From Candidatus Cloacimonadaceae bacterium (GTDB lineage: Bacteria; Cloacimonadota; Cloacimonadia; Cloacimonadales; TCS61): a DNA stretch of 64,000 nt. Shown here piece after piece: positions 22,260 through 31,365 of the stretch; within the stretch, counting starts at the first letter, position 1, and every line of letters begins with the position of its first letter. The notes beneath the pieces are model-generated. The model searched no databases and had not been told where the DNA came from. It worked only from the letters and a program-made list of their open reading frames with translations. Made by a program: the position numbers and the translations under genes. Where the stretch lies: assembly GCA_942491655.1 (NCBI GenBank), contig CALOBL010000015.1:2046-66045 (forward strand), in the 5' to 3' direction.

Positions 22260-22991
22260 TTACTCGAGATCTCTATTATGCTCACTTTCAGAATCAGATC
22301 GAGGGATTATTTCAGGTTCAATTTTCACTTGGTTGTATCTTTTAAAATCTAGTTTATTAAGATCATCATTATTTTCAGGAATTTCCAATTCTGATGCTCC
22401 ATTGTGTGTATTACTTGCGGAGTTTATCTCAGATTGTGCCAATTTTAGCTGATGAAGTTTCTGCTCAATAAGTTCAATTTTTTTAAGCAATTTAGCTTTC
22501 TCTTCCTGTAGTGAAACTTCTTCATTTAACTCATCTCCTTTTTCTCCTGTCTCCGTCACTAATAGTTGATTATTCAGGATTTTTTCAATCTCTTCCAGTT
22601 CTTTGGTTGTTATGCCGTCATAAATTTCTTCTTCATCGGTCAACATCTCGTCCGGGTCATTCTCTATATCACTGTCTGGCTCAAACTCAGGATCAATTTC
22701 TAGTCTGCTCCCAGCCTGTGAGCTTTCATTGCTGGAAATCTGAACTGTATCACCCGGAATTATCCTGAAATGGCGTAGTTCGGATTGACTGAATAAACGA
22801 GATATTCTGTCATCATAATCACGTGTAATATTTTCAAAAATAATATCCGTGAGTTGTTCTATTTTTCTCTCTATTTCTTCAGAAGGTTCTTTTGTTTTCA
22901 GCATGGCATAAACATTTACTGCATCTACCAGCTCATTCTGAGCCTCATAAATCTTTGCCAGTGTTATAGTTGGAACTATGTTATCTCCCAT
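22260..22991 (-). CDS. Hypothetical protein: N-terminal TPR-like helix pair, acidic low-complexity region, coiled coil
   Basis: TITLAKIYEAQNELVDAVNVY resembles a TPR motif; D/E-rich middle; heptad segment LQEEKAKLLKKIELIEQKLHQL. Confidence 0.6.
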   Translation of the reverse strand: MGDNIVPTITLAKIYEAQNELVDAVNVYAMLKTKEPSEEIERKIEQLTDIIFENITRDYDDRISRLFSQSELRHFRIIPGDTVQISSNESSQAGSRLEIDPEFEPDSDIENDPDEMLTDEEEIYDGITTKELEEIEKILNNQLLVTETGEKGDELNEEVSLQEEKAKLLKKIELIEQKLHQLKLAQSEINSASNTHNGASELEIPENNDDLNKLDFKRYNQVKIEPEIIPRSDSESEHNRDLE

Positions 22992-22992
22992 A

Positions 22993-23592
22993 TTATTCTC
23001 CTAAAAAAATATCCGGTTTAAGCTTCTCCAGCGTTTTTTCACCGATTCCCTTAACCTTCAGAAGTTCGTCCAAGCTGGAAAATCCTCCCAGATCATTTCT
23101 CATCTCAATGATCTTTTCGGCTCGGGAAGGACCGATCCCTTTGAGTTTGCACAAGTCTTCTATAGAAGCATTGTTCAAATCTATTTTTTGCTGGATCTCT
23201 TCACTTCTTAACGCAGACTTAAACAGTACCGAATCACCTTCCATGGCATAAAAATAGTCTTTTATTTTATTTAAGGAAGTCTCTCCGATACCCTTGATCT
23301 TCAAAAGGTCATTTCTGGAAACAAATCCGTTTTCATCTCTGAAGCTGATAATGTCGGCTGCTCTTTTACTGCCGATACCAGGTATGGAAATTAACTCTTC
23401 AGCCGATACAGTATTAAGATCAAACTTGATCTCAACGTCTTCCATAACTGTAAGAGAATCTATTACTCCAGTTTCATTGCCAGCAGCAAGGCCAGTATAT
23501 TTTACTGTTATACCGATGAAGGCAAACACCAGAACAAAGAAGATAACTTTCTGTTCTTCAGCAGTAAGGAGATTCATAAATGGATTTTTCAT
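22993..23592 (-). CDS. Membrane-anchored ComEA-family protein with two helix-hairpin-helix domains
   Basis: N-terminal TM; DLNTVSAEELISIPGIGSKRA...KIKGIGE and DLNNASIEDLCKLKGIGPSRA...KVKGIGEK. Confidence 0.85.
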   Translation of the reverse strand: MKNPFMNLLTAEEQKVIFFVLVFAFIGITVKYTGLAAGNETGVIDSLTVMEDVEIKFDLNTVSAEELISIPGIGSKRAADIISFRDENGFVSRNDLLKIKGIGETSLNKIKDYFYAMEGDSVLFKSALRSEEIQQKIDLNNASIEDLCKLKGIGPSRAEKIIEMRNDLGGFSSLDELLKVKGIGEKTLEKLKPDIFLGE

Positions 23593-24479
23593 TTTTGAGA
23601 ATATATAACCTCAATCAGAGTTTGACCTACGGCATGCAAAGATTCGGAAGAACACTTATCTTGAGTATCTTCTAATGTATGCCAGTAGGGATAATCAAAA
23701 TCAATTATATCAATTGCATTAAATCCTGCTTTTAGAAAAGGGAAATGATCATCATACACATATGCACCTATTTTATGCTGGAACTGATCAAAACCTAATT
23801 CATCTGCCTTTTGCCAGATCTCTTTAACCAGGGTAGGAGAATTTTTGTAGGAATAGAATTCAATCGGAAACTCAGCATCTTTCTCTCCGATCATGTCTAT
23901 TATTATCACCTTCTCTGGCCTCTCGCCTTTAAAATTATCGACAAAATAACTTGAACCCAGGCACCAGGTTTCATTCATTCCATAATCTCCCATGTCTTCC
24001 AGATCAAAAAATACAAGATCTATGCCAAACTGGGGAGGAGATTGTTCAGTCAGAACTTCTGCCAAAGCTAAAAGCACAGCAACACCGGAAGCAGCATCAT
24101 TAGCACCAATTATCGGCTGGTCGTGAAGAGCAGGGTCATCCTCTTTGTCAGCCCAGGGCCGTGTGTCATAATGGGCACCAATTAGTATTCGGCGGCTCAT
24201 GGCGGGATAAAATGCTGCAACAATATTAACGCCTTCGTAAGTACTTCCCTGGAGTTCAGCTTCAAATTCCTGCTCTTCGATAATTGCACCGGTGGTCTGA
24301 AGTCCTGATATTATATATTCCCGGCATAATTCGATCTCGGTAGAGCCGGGAAAGCGAGGACCCATTTCACATTGATCGGTTAAGTACCTGAAAGCATCCT
24401 GAGCAGGAAAGACAGGTAGTTTTTCCTGACAGGACAATAAAACTATACTGCTGAATAAAAAAAATATAATCTTTTTCAT
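23589..24479 (-). CDS. M28-family lipoprotein, type II glutaminyl cyclase-like
   Basis: Lipobox LLS-C; GAHYDTRPWAD, GANDAASG, FFDLEDMG, WCLGS, DDH, YWHT match the motifs I recall for Bacteroidota glutaminyl cyclases. Confidence 0.75.
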   Translation of the reverse strand: MKKIIFFLFSSIVLLSCQEKLPVFPAQDAFRYLTDQCEMGPRFPGSTEIELCREYIISGLQTTGAIIEEQEFEAELQGSTYEGVNIVAAFYPAMSRRILIGAHYDTRPWADKEDDPALHDQPIIGANDAASGVAVLLALAEVLTEQSPPQFGIDLVFFDLEDMGDYGMNETWCLGSSYFVDNFKGERPEKVIIIDMIGEKDAEFPIEFYSYKNSPTLVKEIWQKADELGFDQFQHKIGAYVYDDHFPFLKAGFNAIDIIDFDYPYWHTLEDTQDKCSSESLHAVGQTLIEVIYSQK

Positions 24480-24575
24480 AATACCCCAAGTCTATACATA
24501 AAATTTTTAACAACTTTTCTGTCAATCAGGTTTTAAAAGCAGAAAAACCATTTGTATCAGGTGGATTCATAAAAC

Positions 24576-24607
24576 AAAAAAAAGCTGCCCCTGAATGGAG
24601 CAGCTTT
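24576..24607 (-). terminator. Terminator after the tRNA-Lys/tRNA-Glu pair
   Basis: Stem AAAGCTGC/GCAGCTTT followed by a U-tract on the minus strand. Confidence 0.65.
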
Positions 24608-24613
24608 AAATAT

Positions 24614-24688
24614 TGGCATCCCGTAGGGGAGTCGAACCCCTGTTGCAGGAATGAAAATCCTGAGTCCTAACCACTAGACGAACGGGAC
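24614..24688 (-). tRNA. trnE: tRNA-Glu(TTC)
   Basis: GTCCCGT acceptor stem, anticodon loop TT-TTC-AT, encoded CCA. Confidence 0.94.
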
Positions 24689-24711
24689 ATCTATATAATC
24701 ATATTTATATC

Positions 24712-24786
24712 TGGTGATCCAGGATGGACTCGAACCATCGACTCTCTGCTTAAAAGGCAGATACTCTACCACTGAGTTACTGGACC
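24712..24786 (-). tRNA. trnK: tRNA-Lys(TTT)
   Basis: GGTCCAG/CTGGATC acceptor stem, anticodon loop CT-TTT-AA, encoded CCA. Confidence 0.94.
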
Positions 24787-24969
24787 CTGTTTAAAGAACG
24801 AGCGCCAAACTAAAAAGGGGTGGTTTGAGTGTCAATAATTTTTATTATCAAAAAAAGTCTTTTTTTTTAAGTTAATTTTATTGCAGAATTTAGAACTGTT
24901 TGTAAGTATGTTTCCGAATGGACAGAATTTATTTTTTTTTGCACAATTAGAAATTATATTGAGGTATTT

Positions 24970-25773
24970 ATGAAGAAATCTGTGAAAGAAATGCAACTGG
25001 AAAATCAAATTAGAAAAAAACTGAGTGGATTGCCGCTTCAAGTTGCAGACTATATGTTCGCTGATCTTGAAATTCAGACCCTGCAGGATTATGCGAATAT
25101 CCTTTCCATTAAAAGAATGGGATTTAATGATCATGGTCCGGTCCACATGAGAAAAGCAGCTTTAAATGCTTTGAAATTATTCGAACTACTGGATAAGGCT
25201 GGGATAAAATCTAATCTTGTGAAGGAAGGTAATGGCAGTATTGAAGAAAGTAAGATCGTTATCCTGATCGCTTCATTGCTGCATGATGTTGGTATGACAG
25301 TTTCAAGGTCAAATCATGAATTTCTCAGTGTCCAGTTAGCGCTTCCTATTATAAACCGAATTTTGCAGAAATTCTTTGCTGAAGAACTTGAGAAGACCTT
25401 TATCCTGCGCTCCATTATCGTTGAATGTATCTTTGGTCATATGGCAACTCAGCCTATCACAAGTCTGGAAGCGGGTCTGGTTCTAGTTGGCGATGGCTGT
25501 GATCTGGAATATGGCAGAGCCAGAATCCCAACCCTGCTGAAAGAGAAATCCAAGATCGGTGACATACATAGATACTCAGCTTCAGCAATCCAGAAGGTAG
25601 AAATTACTAAGGGTGACGAAAAACCAGTTAACATAACAGTCAAAATGAGCCAGTCAGCAGGTATCTTTCAAATCGAAGAAGTCTTACTCACCAAGATTAA
25701 TTTCAGTCCCGTTAAACAATATATTGAGCTTTATGCCAGCGTTAGAGATGAAGAAATATTAAAATATTTATAG
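24970..25773 (+). CDS. HD-superfamily metal-dependent phosphohydrolase (COG3294-like)
   Basis: FNDHGPVH...SLLHDVG...GDGCD; GAGG RBS. Confidence 0.8.
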   Translation: MKKSVKEMQLENQIRKKLSGLPLQVADYMFADLEIQTLQDYANILSIKRMGFNDHGPVHMRKAALNALKLFELLDKAGIKSNLVKEGNGSIEESKIVILIASLLHDVGMTVSRSNHEFLSVQLALPIINRILQKFFAEELEKTFILRSIIVECIFGHMATQPITSLEAGLVLVGDGCDLEYGRARIPTLLKEKSKIGDIHRYSASAIQKVEITKGDEKPVNITVKMSQSAGIFQIEEVLLTKINFSPVKQYIELYASVRDEEILKYL

Positions 25774-25784
25774 AAGAGGTAACT

Positions 25785-26612
25785 ATGAAAAGAGTAGTAT
25801 CACTATTGTTTATGGTTATGTTCAGTTTAACTGGATTATCAGCACAAATAAAGTATGAAGGGAATGGTTCGGAATTCTGGCAGGATGGTTTTTTTGTTCA
25901 TACCAACGTTGATGCTTCTCAATTGGACAATGACCTGATCAGAGCAAAGGTAGAGGGAGTGTGGCAGGAATATCAGCTGACTGAATTTCCTGAGATTTTC
26001 TTTAATTGGGACTTTGAAAAGAGAATTGAAACAATTGAAAACATTTCAACCGGAGTTATGCCGGGACTGGCCGGGCCACATAACGGTATGGTGGCTACTT
26101 ACGGATACAAAAGAGAAGATTCCGCTTTCAAACTGAACAATGCAGTGAAAGGATGCGGCTTTCTTCCCAAAAAAGAAAAACTGAAAGAGACAATAGAATT
26201 GCTGGAAAGCACCATTTCTACTGGTTTCCCGGAAAAACTCCAGATCTTGAATGACATGTATGTAAAGGGTGATTCTCTATTTGATATGACCAAACAGGTT
26301 TCACTGGAACTATACTCGGTTCCTGAAAAAAATACTCAATCCTTTGTAAACCAGATGGCGGAGCCTGTTTCTGTAATCGTTTTCCTTGATATTCCTACTT
26401 TTAAACTGAAAACTATTTCCTATCTATTACATCCCGATAATCCCGATCTGACAGATTATGAGAAAAATGTTATTAAATACGTTAACCTTGTACACAGCTA
26501 TTTTCATGGTGAATTCAGCAAAGAATTCATTACCGTTATTTATAACGTAATTGAAGTTTATAACAGCTCTCCCGGCAATGATAATGGCAGAGGGAAAAAA
26601 ATAAGTCCCTGA
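25785..26612 (+). CDS. Exported hypothetical protein
   Basis: Sec signal peptide ending GLSA-Q; GAGG RBS; 275-aa clean ORF with no family I recognise. Confidence 0.7.
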   Translation: MKRVVSLLFMVMFSLTGLSAQIKYEGNGSEFWQDGFFVHTNVDASQLDNDLIRAKVEGVWQEYQLTEFPEIFFNWDFEKRIETIENISTGVMPGLAGPHNGMVATYGYKREDSAFKLNNAVKGCGFLPKKEKLKETIELLESTISTGFPEKLQILNDMYVKGDSLFDMTKQVSLELYSVPEKNTQSFVNQMAEPVSVIVFLDIPTFKLKTISYLLHPDNPDLTDYEKNVIKYVNLVHSYFHGEFSKEFITVIYNVIEVYNSSPGNDNGRGKKISP

Positions 26613-26636
26613 TAGAGCAGATTAAAGGGTTGAATC

Positions 26637-27401
26637 ATGAAGAGTATCTTTGAAAAATTCATTACTAATGAAGTATTGATTGCTGTATTTATTCTAATTC
26701 TGGCAGCTCTGCTCATTATACTTCCTACTTATTTAAGAGGAAAATATTCAGATCAGGTCTATCTGGAAAATATCCTGCTGGAAGCACATGGCATGATCTT
26801 TGATCTTATCGTGATCGGTGTACTTTCCACCTGGCTGATAAAACGCGGTCAGAAGCGGCAGATGATCCAGCATTATCAGGATGAGATCGATGATTTCAGA
26901 AACTGGGAATCGGAAGAAGCAGCACATAAAATACTGGGTAATGTTAAAAGACTGAACAAACTAAAAGTTGCCAGTATCGATCTCTCCTTTTGTTATTTAA
27001 AGAATATCAGGATCAAGGCTTTAAACCTGGAAAAATCTGAACTTTTTAAGATTGATCTGGATGGCAGTTCTCTTGAAAGCACTAATTTTAACGGGGCAAG
27101 CATGACGGAATCCAACCTCAGTAACACTCACTTGCGTTTCTCAACAATGAAGGGAACCAGGCTGGGGTATGCCAATTTGCAGAATGCTGATTTGAGAGAC
27201 ACAGATCTGGAGGGTGCAGACCTATATAAGGCCAATCTGAAAAATGCCAATCTGAGGGGAGCTAATTTAAGAGTAGCCAGAAGTATTACGGTTGATCAGC
27301 TTTCACAGGTAAAGACTCTGCATATGGCGATCCTGGATATTCATTATAAAAATGAACTTCAGAAACTGCATCCTGAACTGTTTGTAAAACCTCAGGATTA
27401 A
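26637..27401 (+). CDS. Pentapeptide-repeat protein with N-terminal transmembrane helices
   Basis: Two hydrophobic segments followed by A(D/N)LxX repeats (ANLQN ADLRD TDLEG ADLYK ANLKN ANLRG ANLRV). Confidence 0.85.
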   Translation: MKSIFEKFITNEVLIAVFILILAALLIILPTYLRGKYSDQVYLENILLEAHGMIFDLIVIGVLSTWLIKRGQKRQMIQHYQDEIDDFRNWESEEAAHKILGNVKRLNKLKVASIDLSFCYLKNIRIKALNLEKSELFKIDLDGSSLESTNFNGASMTESNLSNTHLRFSTMKGTRLGYANLQNADLRDTDLEGADLYKANLKNANLRGANLRVARSITVDQLSQVKTLHMAILDIHYKNELQKLHPELFVKPQD

Positions 27402-29190
27402 AGGCTGGTTGAAATCTGCAGCGAGATTTTCATTTTGTCATTTTCCTGTAACCAGCCGCTGATTTTGCTCTGGACTTTAATTTTTTTTAGAAACGCTACA
27501 CTAAGTAATAGATTGTAATATATATCGTTGCCGGAAAGAACAGCGCTGCACATTGCCCCGTCCACATCATATTCATAAAGGTATTCCAGAATCTCGGTAT
27601 CGAAACAAGCTAGCTGGAATACACATTTCAGTTTATCATCCTGGTATTTTATCAGCTGTGAAAAGAGCGCCCCATTTTCATATAAATTTTCCTGATGAAG
27701 ATAGTCAGAGACAAATTCCAGACGAGATCTTAACCTTATTTTTCCTATAATTTTATCCCAGTCGAAACGCATAACGGTTTGCCTGAGATCTCTTATCCTG
27801 CCTTCTTCAAGTGTAATATACTTCTCTTTGTTTCTGAATCTTACCTGACCACTTAAAAAATTCTTTATCAGGAAGCTTCACAGCTGCATTTCAGCATAAT
27901 TTCATTACCGGTCACAGGCATTTTTTCCAGATAAGAAGTTTCAGGTAATCTCCAGATATCCATATAGAAATTTAATTTTAATCCTGCGAAGGAAGAAGCA
28001 GTAATCCCGTAATAGAAGCCTTCTTCATTGGGAAAATTGCTTCTGGCTGAAAAGGGATTACCATGCCAGGCTGGGAGATCTTTAGCATATTTACGGAAAA
28101 TTACTTGCTGTCTGATACTCTTTGTTACGAAACTAAATGAGCTCAGAATTCCTGTACAGCCATTGGACCAGACCAGTTCTGTTTTCAGGGGAAAGAGATT
28201 TTTCCATAGCTCCAGACAAAAACCAATTGATCTAGTCCTGCTTTTCTTCTCTTCATCCGCAAAAGAATGATCAAATTTCTGCTGCAGCATACCGAAATTC
28301 ATACTGTGATTTTTCCATTCCAATTCCGTGAATAAACCCCAGATTGATTCTCTAACATTATTTTTTTCTTTAAGATCATAATTAAGCCCTGTTTCGTTGA
28401 ATGATGTTATTTTGCCTGATTCAAGATTAGCACTAAGAGCAGACTGTGAAAAAAAAGGTATAAACTTTAAAAAACCGAATTTCAATTGAGCACTGCATCC
28501 TTCCAATGCCCAGCTCTCGTAAGCACTCCTGTAAGGAGCAATTGTTGTTCTGATCCGGAGGAGATTTCCTGCTGCATTGATATTCTTACCACTGCCAAGT
28601 TTTGACTGCATTAATATGCCGAGCCCATAATAGAGCTGGTATTTCCCGACGATGATCTTCTCTAGGGGGCCCTGATCTTTCAACTGAATATAATAGGAAT
28701 AAAAATCCAGAAGATTGGATTCCATCTCATCTTTTTGAGTAATGAAACCGGCTTCCAATCTTCCCCTGCTAAAGATATGTTTTGAATAAAATTTCAGGCA
28801 TGAACTGTGTTCAAGTTCAGAACGCTTTAATTCTCCTCTTACAACACTCAGGAAACTGATTTCAGGCTTAGGTGAAAAGACAATGTAATCTTCCATTTCA
28901 TCCAGTGTGAATTCATCGATGCCAAGCCTGATTAACTGCTTTCTGCCTTTAATCAACCGGGTTGTGCGATAACTTATTATATCTTTGATCTGAACTTCAC
29001 TGAGCCAGGGCAGGAGCTGCAGGTCGGAGAAAGATGCAGTATTAATATTCAGGGGAGCGGTTTTAAACTGGATCAAAACGGGATTCATTTGGTTCTCATC
29101 AGAGACTGTTTCTTCATTCCAGGAAGTGTTCAATGGTAGAGTAAACAGAACCAGAATTATCAGGAATAGCTCAGTTGCCGGGTATTTCAT
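27398..29190 (-). CDS. ComEA-like HhH domain fused to a probable outer-membrane beta-barrel (one gene, frameshift near 27870)
   Basis: PLNINTASFSDLQLLPWLSEVQIKDIISYR (HhH), then amphipathic beta-strands. The frame of ORF 27398-27772 is open back to about 27875, where ORF 27868-29190 stops. Confidence 0.65.
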
Positions 29191-29980
29191 AGGTCAGTGA
29201 AATTGAATGAGTATAGGGGAGATACTGATGAGTTCGAATGCCATAAGTTAGCTTCAATCTGCGGATTTGTAAAATTACACCGGCTCCTAACCTGGCTGGA
29301 TCATGCTGGCAGCTGACCAGCAGAGACAGGAATTGTTGTACGTTGCAGCGGGAACCGAATTTAAATATGAATTCTTCTTGCTGCTGTTTTTCCAGCCCCA
29401 AAGCAAGTTCTATTTTTTCAGATATTTTGAAACCGGTTTCCCAGATCAGGAAGCTAGGGATTCTGTCGCCCAGCATTTTCTGCTGTAAAAGATTTTTATA
29501 AACGATGGTTGATTCAGAATTACCGGATGACCAGGTGAGAGCAAGGTCAAATAATATTCTGCCGAACTTATGATATTGCTCAACTTTGTTGTATAAATAT
29601 CTGGTTTGAATTCCAGTTGTGAAATTCTCGATTGAATAGGATAATCCCAGTGCTGCTGCAATTTCCTTGTATGCTGGATGATCCAGCCATCTGCAGCCAG
29701 TAGAAATCCCGAAATTATTTTTAATGTTCCCAGCAATTGATAAATGATGTAGAAGAAGTCCTTTTAAACTGTATAAGCTTGTTGTTGAGGAGCATAGCCC
29801 AGGGTTGAGGAGAGAAGGATTTCTAAAGCTGCTGGAAGGGTCCTTAATTAAAATATTAAGACCGTTGGCAGCATTCTGGCTGGCCGAAACAGGCAGGTTC
29901 AGATCCAGACAGAAGATCTGGCCTGGTGCAAACAGGCAACCCAGAATTATTAATCTGAAAAGCGTGATCTTATTAAACAT
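29171..29980 (-). CDS. Probable outer-membrane beta-barrel protein (PorV/FadL-like N-terminus)
   Basis: Signal peptide; SSFRNPSLL resembles the NPAGL motif; alternating strands ending HSISLTY; overlaps the HhH-barrel gene. Confidence 0.55.
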   Translation of the reverse strand: MFNKITLFRLIILGCLFAPGQIFCLDLNLPVSASQNAANGLNILIKDPSSSFRNPSLLNPGLCSSTTSLYSLKGLLLHHLSIAGNIKNNFGISTGCRWLDHPAYKEIAAALGLSYSIENFTTGIQTRYLYNKVEQYHKFGRILFDLALTWSSGNSESTIVYKNLLQQKMLGDRIPSFLIWETGFKISEKIELALGLEKQQQEEFIFKFGSRCNVQQFLSLLVSCQHDPARLGAGVILQIRRLKLTYGIRTHQYLPYTHSISLTYEIPGN

Positions 29981-30142
29981 GCAATAGCTTGAAACACGTT
30001 TGATTCCAAACAGATACAGATTTTATAAACTCTCTTATAATGCAGTATTAGTTAATGTTGAATGTATAATAATATACTATTATCTGTGTCCTGGCGGTCT
30101 AATTTCAGACACAAAATTCACAAAAAGTAAAATTCCTGAAAT

Positions 30143-30176
30143 AAAAAAAAGAGGGAATTAGAACAATTCCCTCTTT
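30143..30176 (-). terminator. Terminator after the sugar ABC ATPase gene
   Basis: 12-bp stem AAAGAGGGAATT/AATTCCCTCTTT followed by a U-tract on the minus strand. Confidence 0.8.
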
Positions 30177-30191
30177 AAAATATAGCTGTAT

Positions 30192-31284
30192 TTAAATAGT
30201 TAATTCTGTTTTGGGATCAAAGAAATGAGCTCGATTCATATCCAGGGATACAGTGATCTTTTCATCACGTTTTGGCAGACGTTTAGGATCGAAGCGAGCA
30301 ACAAATTTAGATTTGTTTGTTTCCAGGAATACGATGAATTCATTTCCCATCGGTTCAACAACATCACAGATAGTTTCAATCTTTTGAGGAAATTCTGCCA
30401 TGGCATCGAAATCAGCATCATAAATATCTTCCGGACGTATCCCCAGGATAATGTCTGAATCAATGTACTGCTCCAGTTCCGGTTTTGATTTGACCGGGAT
30501 ATTCAGTTCCCCGTCTGTAAAGATTAGTTCTTTTTCTTTTATCAGTTTTCCTTTGACGATATTAATTGCCGGACTGCCCAGGAAGCTGGCAACAAACAGG
30601 TTGATCGGGTTATTGTAGATCTCCAACGGAGCTCCGATCTGATGGATCTCTCCATCTTTCATGACTACTATCCTGTCCGCCATGGTCATTGCTTCCACCT
30701 GATCATGTGTTACATAGATAATAGTTGTATCAAGCTTCTTGTGAAGTTTTATGATCTCCGCTCTCATCTGCACCCGCAATTTAGCGTCAAGATTAGATAA
30801 GAGGTTCATCAAAAAGGAATACTTTGGGTTTTCTTACGATAGCTCTGCCCAATGCTACTCTCTGCCTTTGTCCACCGGAAAGCTGCTTGGGTTTTCTATC
30901 CAGCAGATGGTCTATTTCCAGAAGATCGGCAGCTTCTTTAACAGTGGCATCTATTACATCTTTCTTTTCTTTTCTTAACTGCAGAGCAAAAGCCATATTA
31001 TCGTAGACGGTCATGTGAGGATATAAAGCATAATTTTGAAAGACCATGGCAATATCTCTGTTTTTGGGTGGAACGTCGTTAACAACCCTATCACCGATTA
31101 TGATCTCACCGGAAGTTATACTTTCCAGGCCTGCGATCATTCTAAGGGTAGTTGTTTTACCACAGCCCGAAGGACCAACTAAAATTACAAATTCTTTGTC
31201 CTCAGCTGTGATATTTGCTTTTTTTACAGCTACGAATCCATTATCATAAATCTTTACAATGTCTTTGATCAATACTTTTGCCAT
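30192..31284 (-). CDS. msmX: MsmX/MalK-family sugar ABC transporter ATPase (frameshift near 30797)
   Basis: [29 protein letters not shown]|[24 protein letters not shown]-terminal TOBE domain. Confidence 0.88.
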
Positions 31285-31365
31285 AGCACCCTCTATCCAT
31301 TATCTAATGTTCAATTTAAATTTTATCATCCGCATAATTGTCAATTTAAAAGCATTGCTGTACAT

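Noticed and set aside
24576-27401. tRNA-associated genomic island
   Set aside because: The cassette lies on the 5' side of the tRNAs; there is no integrase and no duplicated tRNA 3' end.
29981-30142. AT-rich intergenic region upstream of the barrel genes as a possible riboswitch
   Set aside because: No recognisable aptamer consensus; only the upstream msmX terminator is supported.
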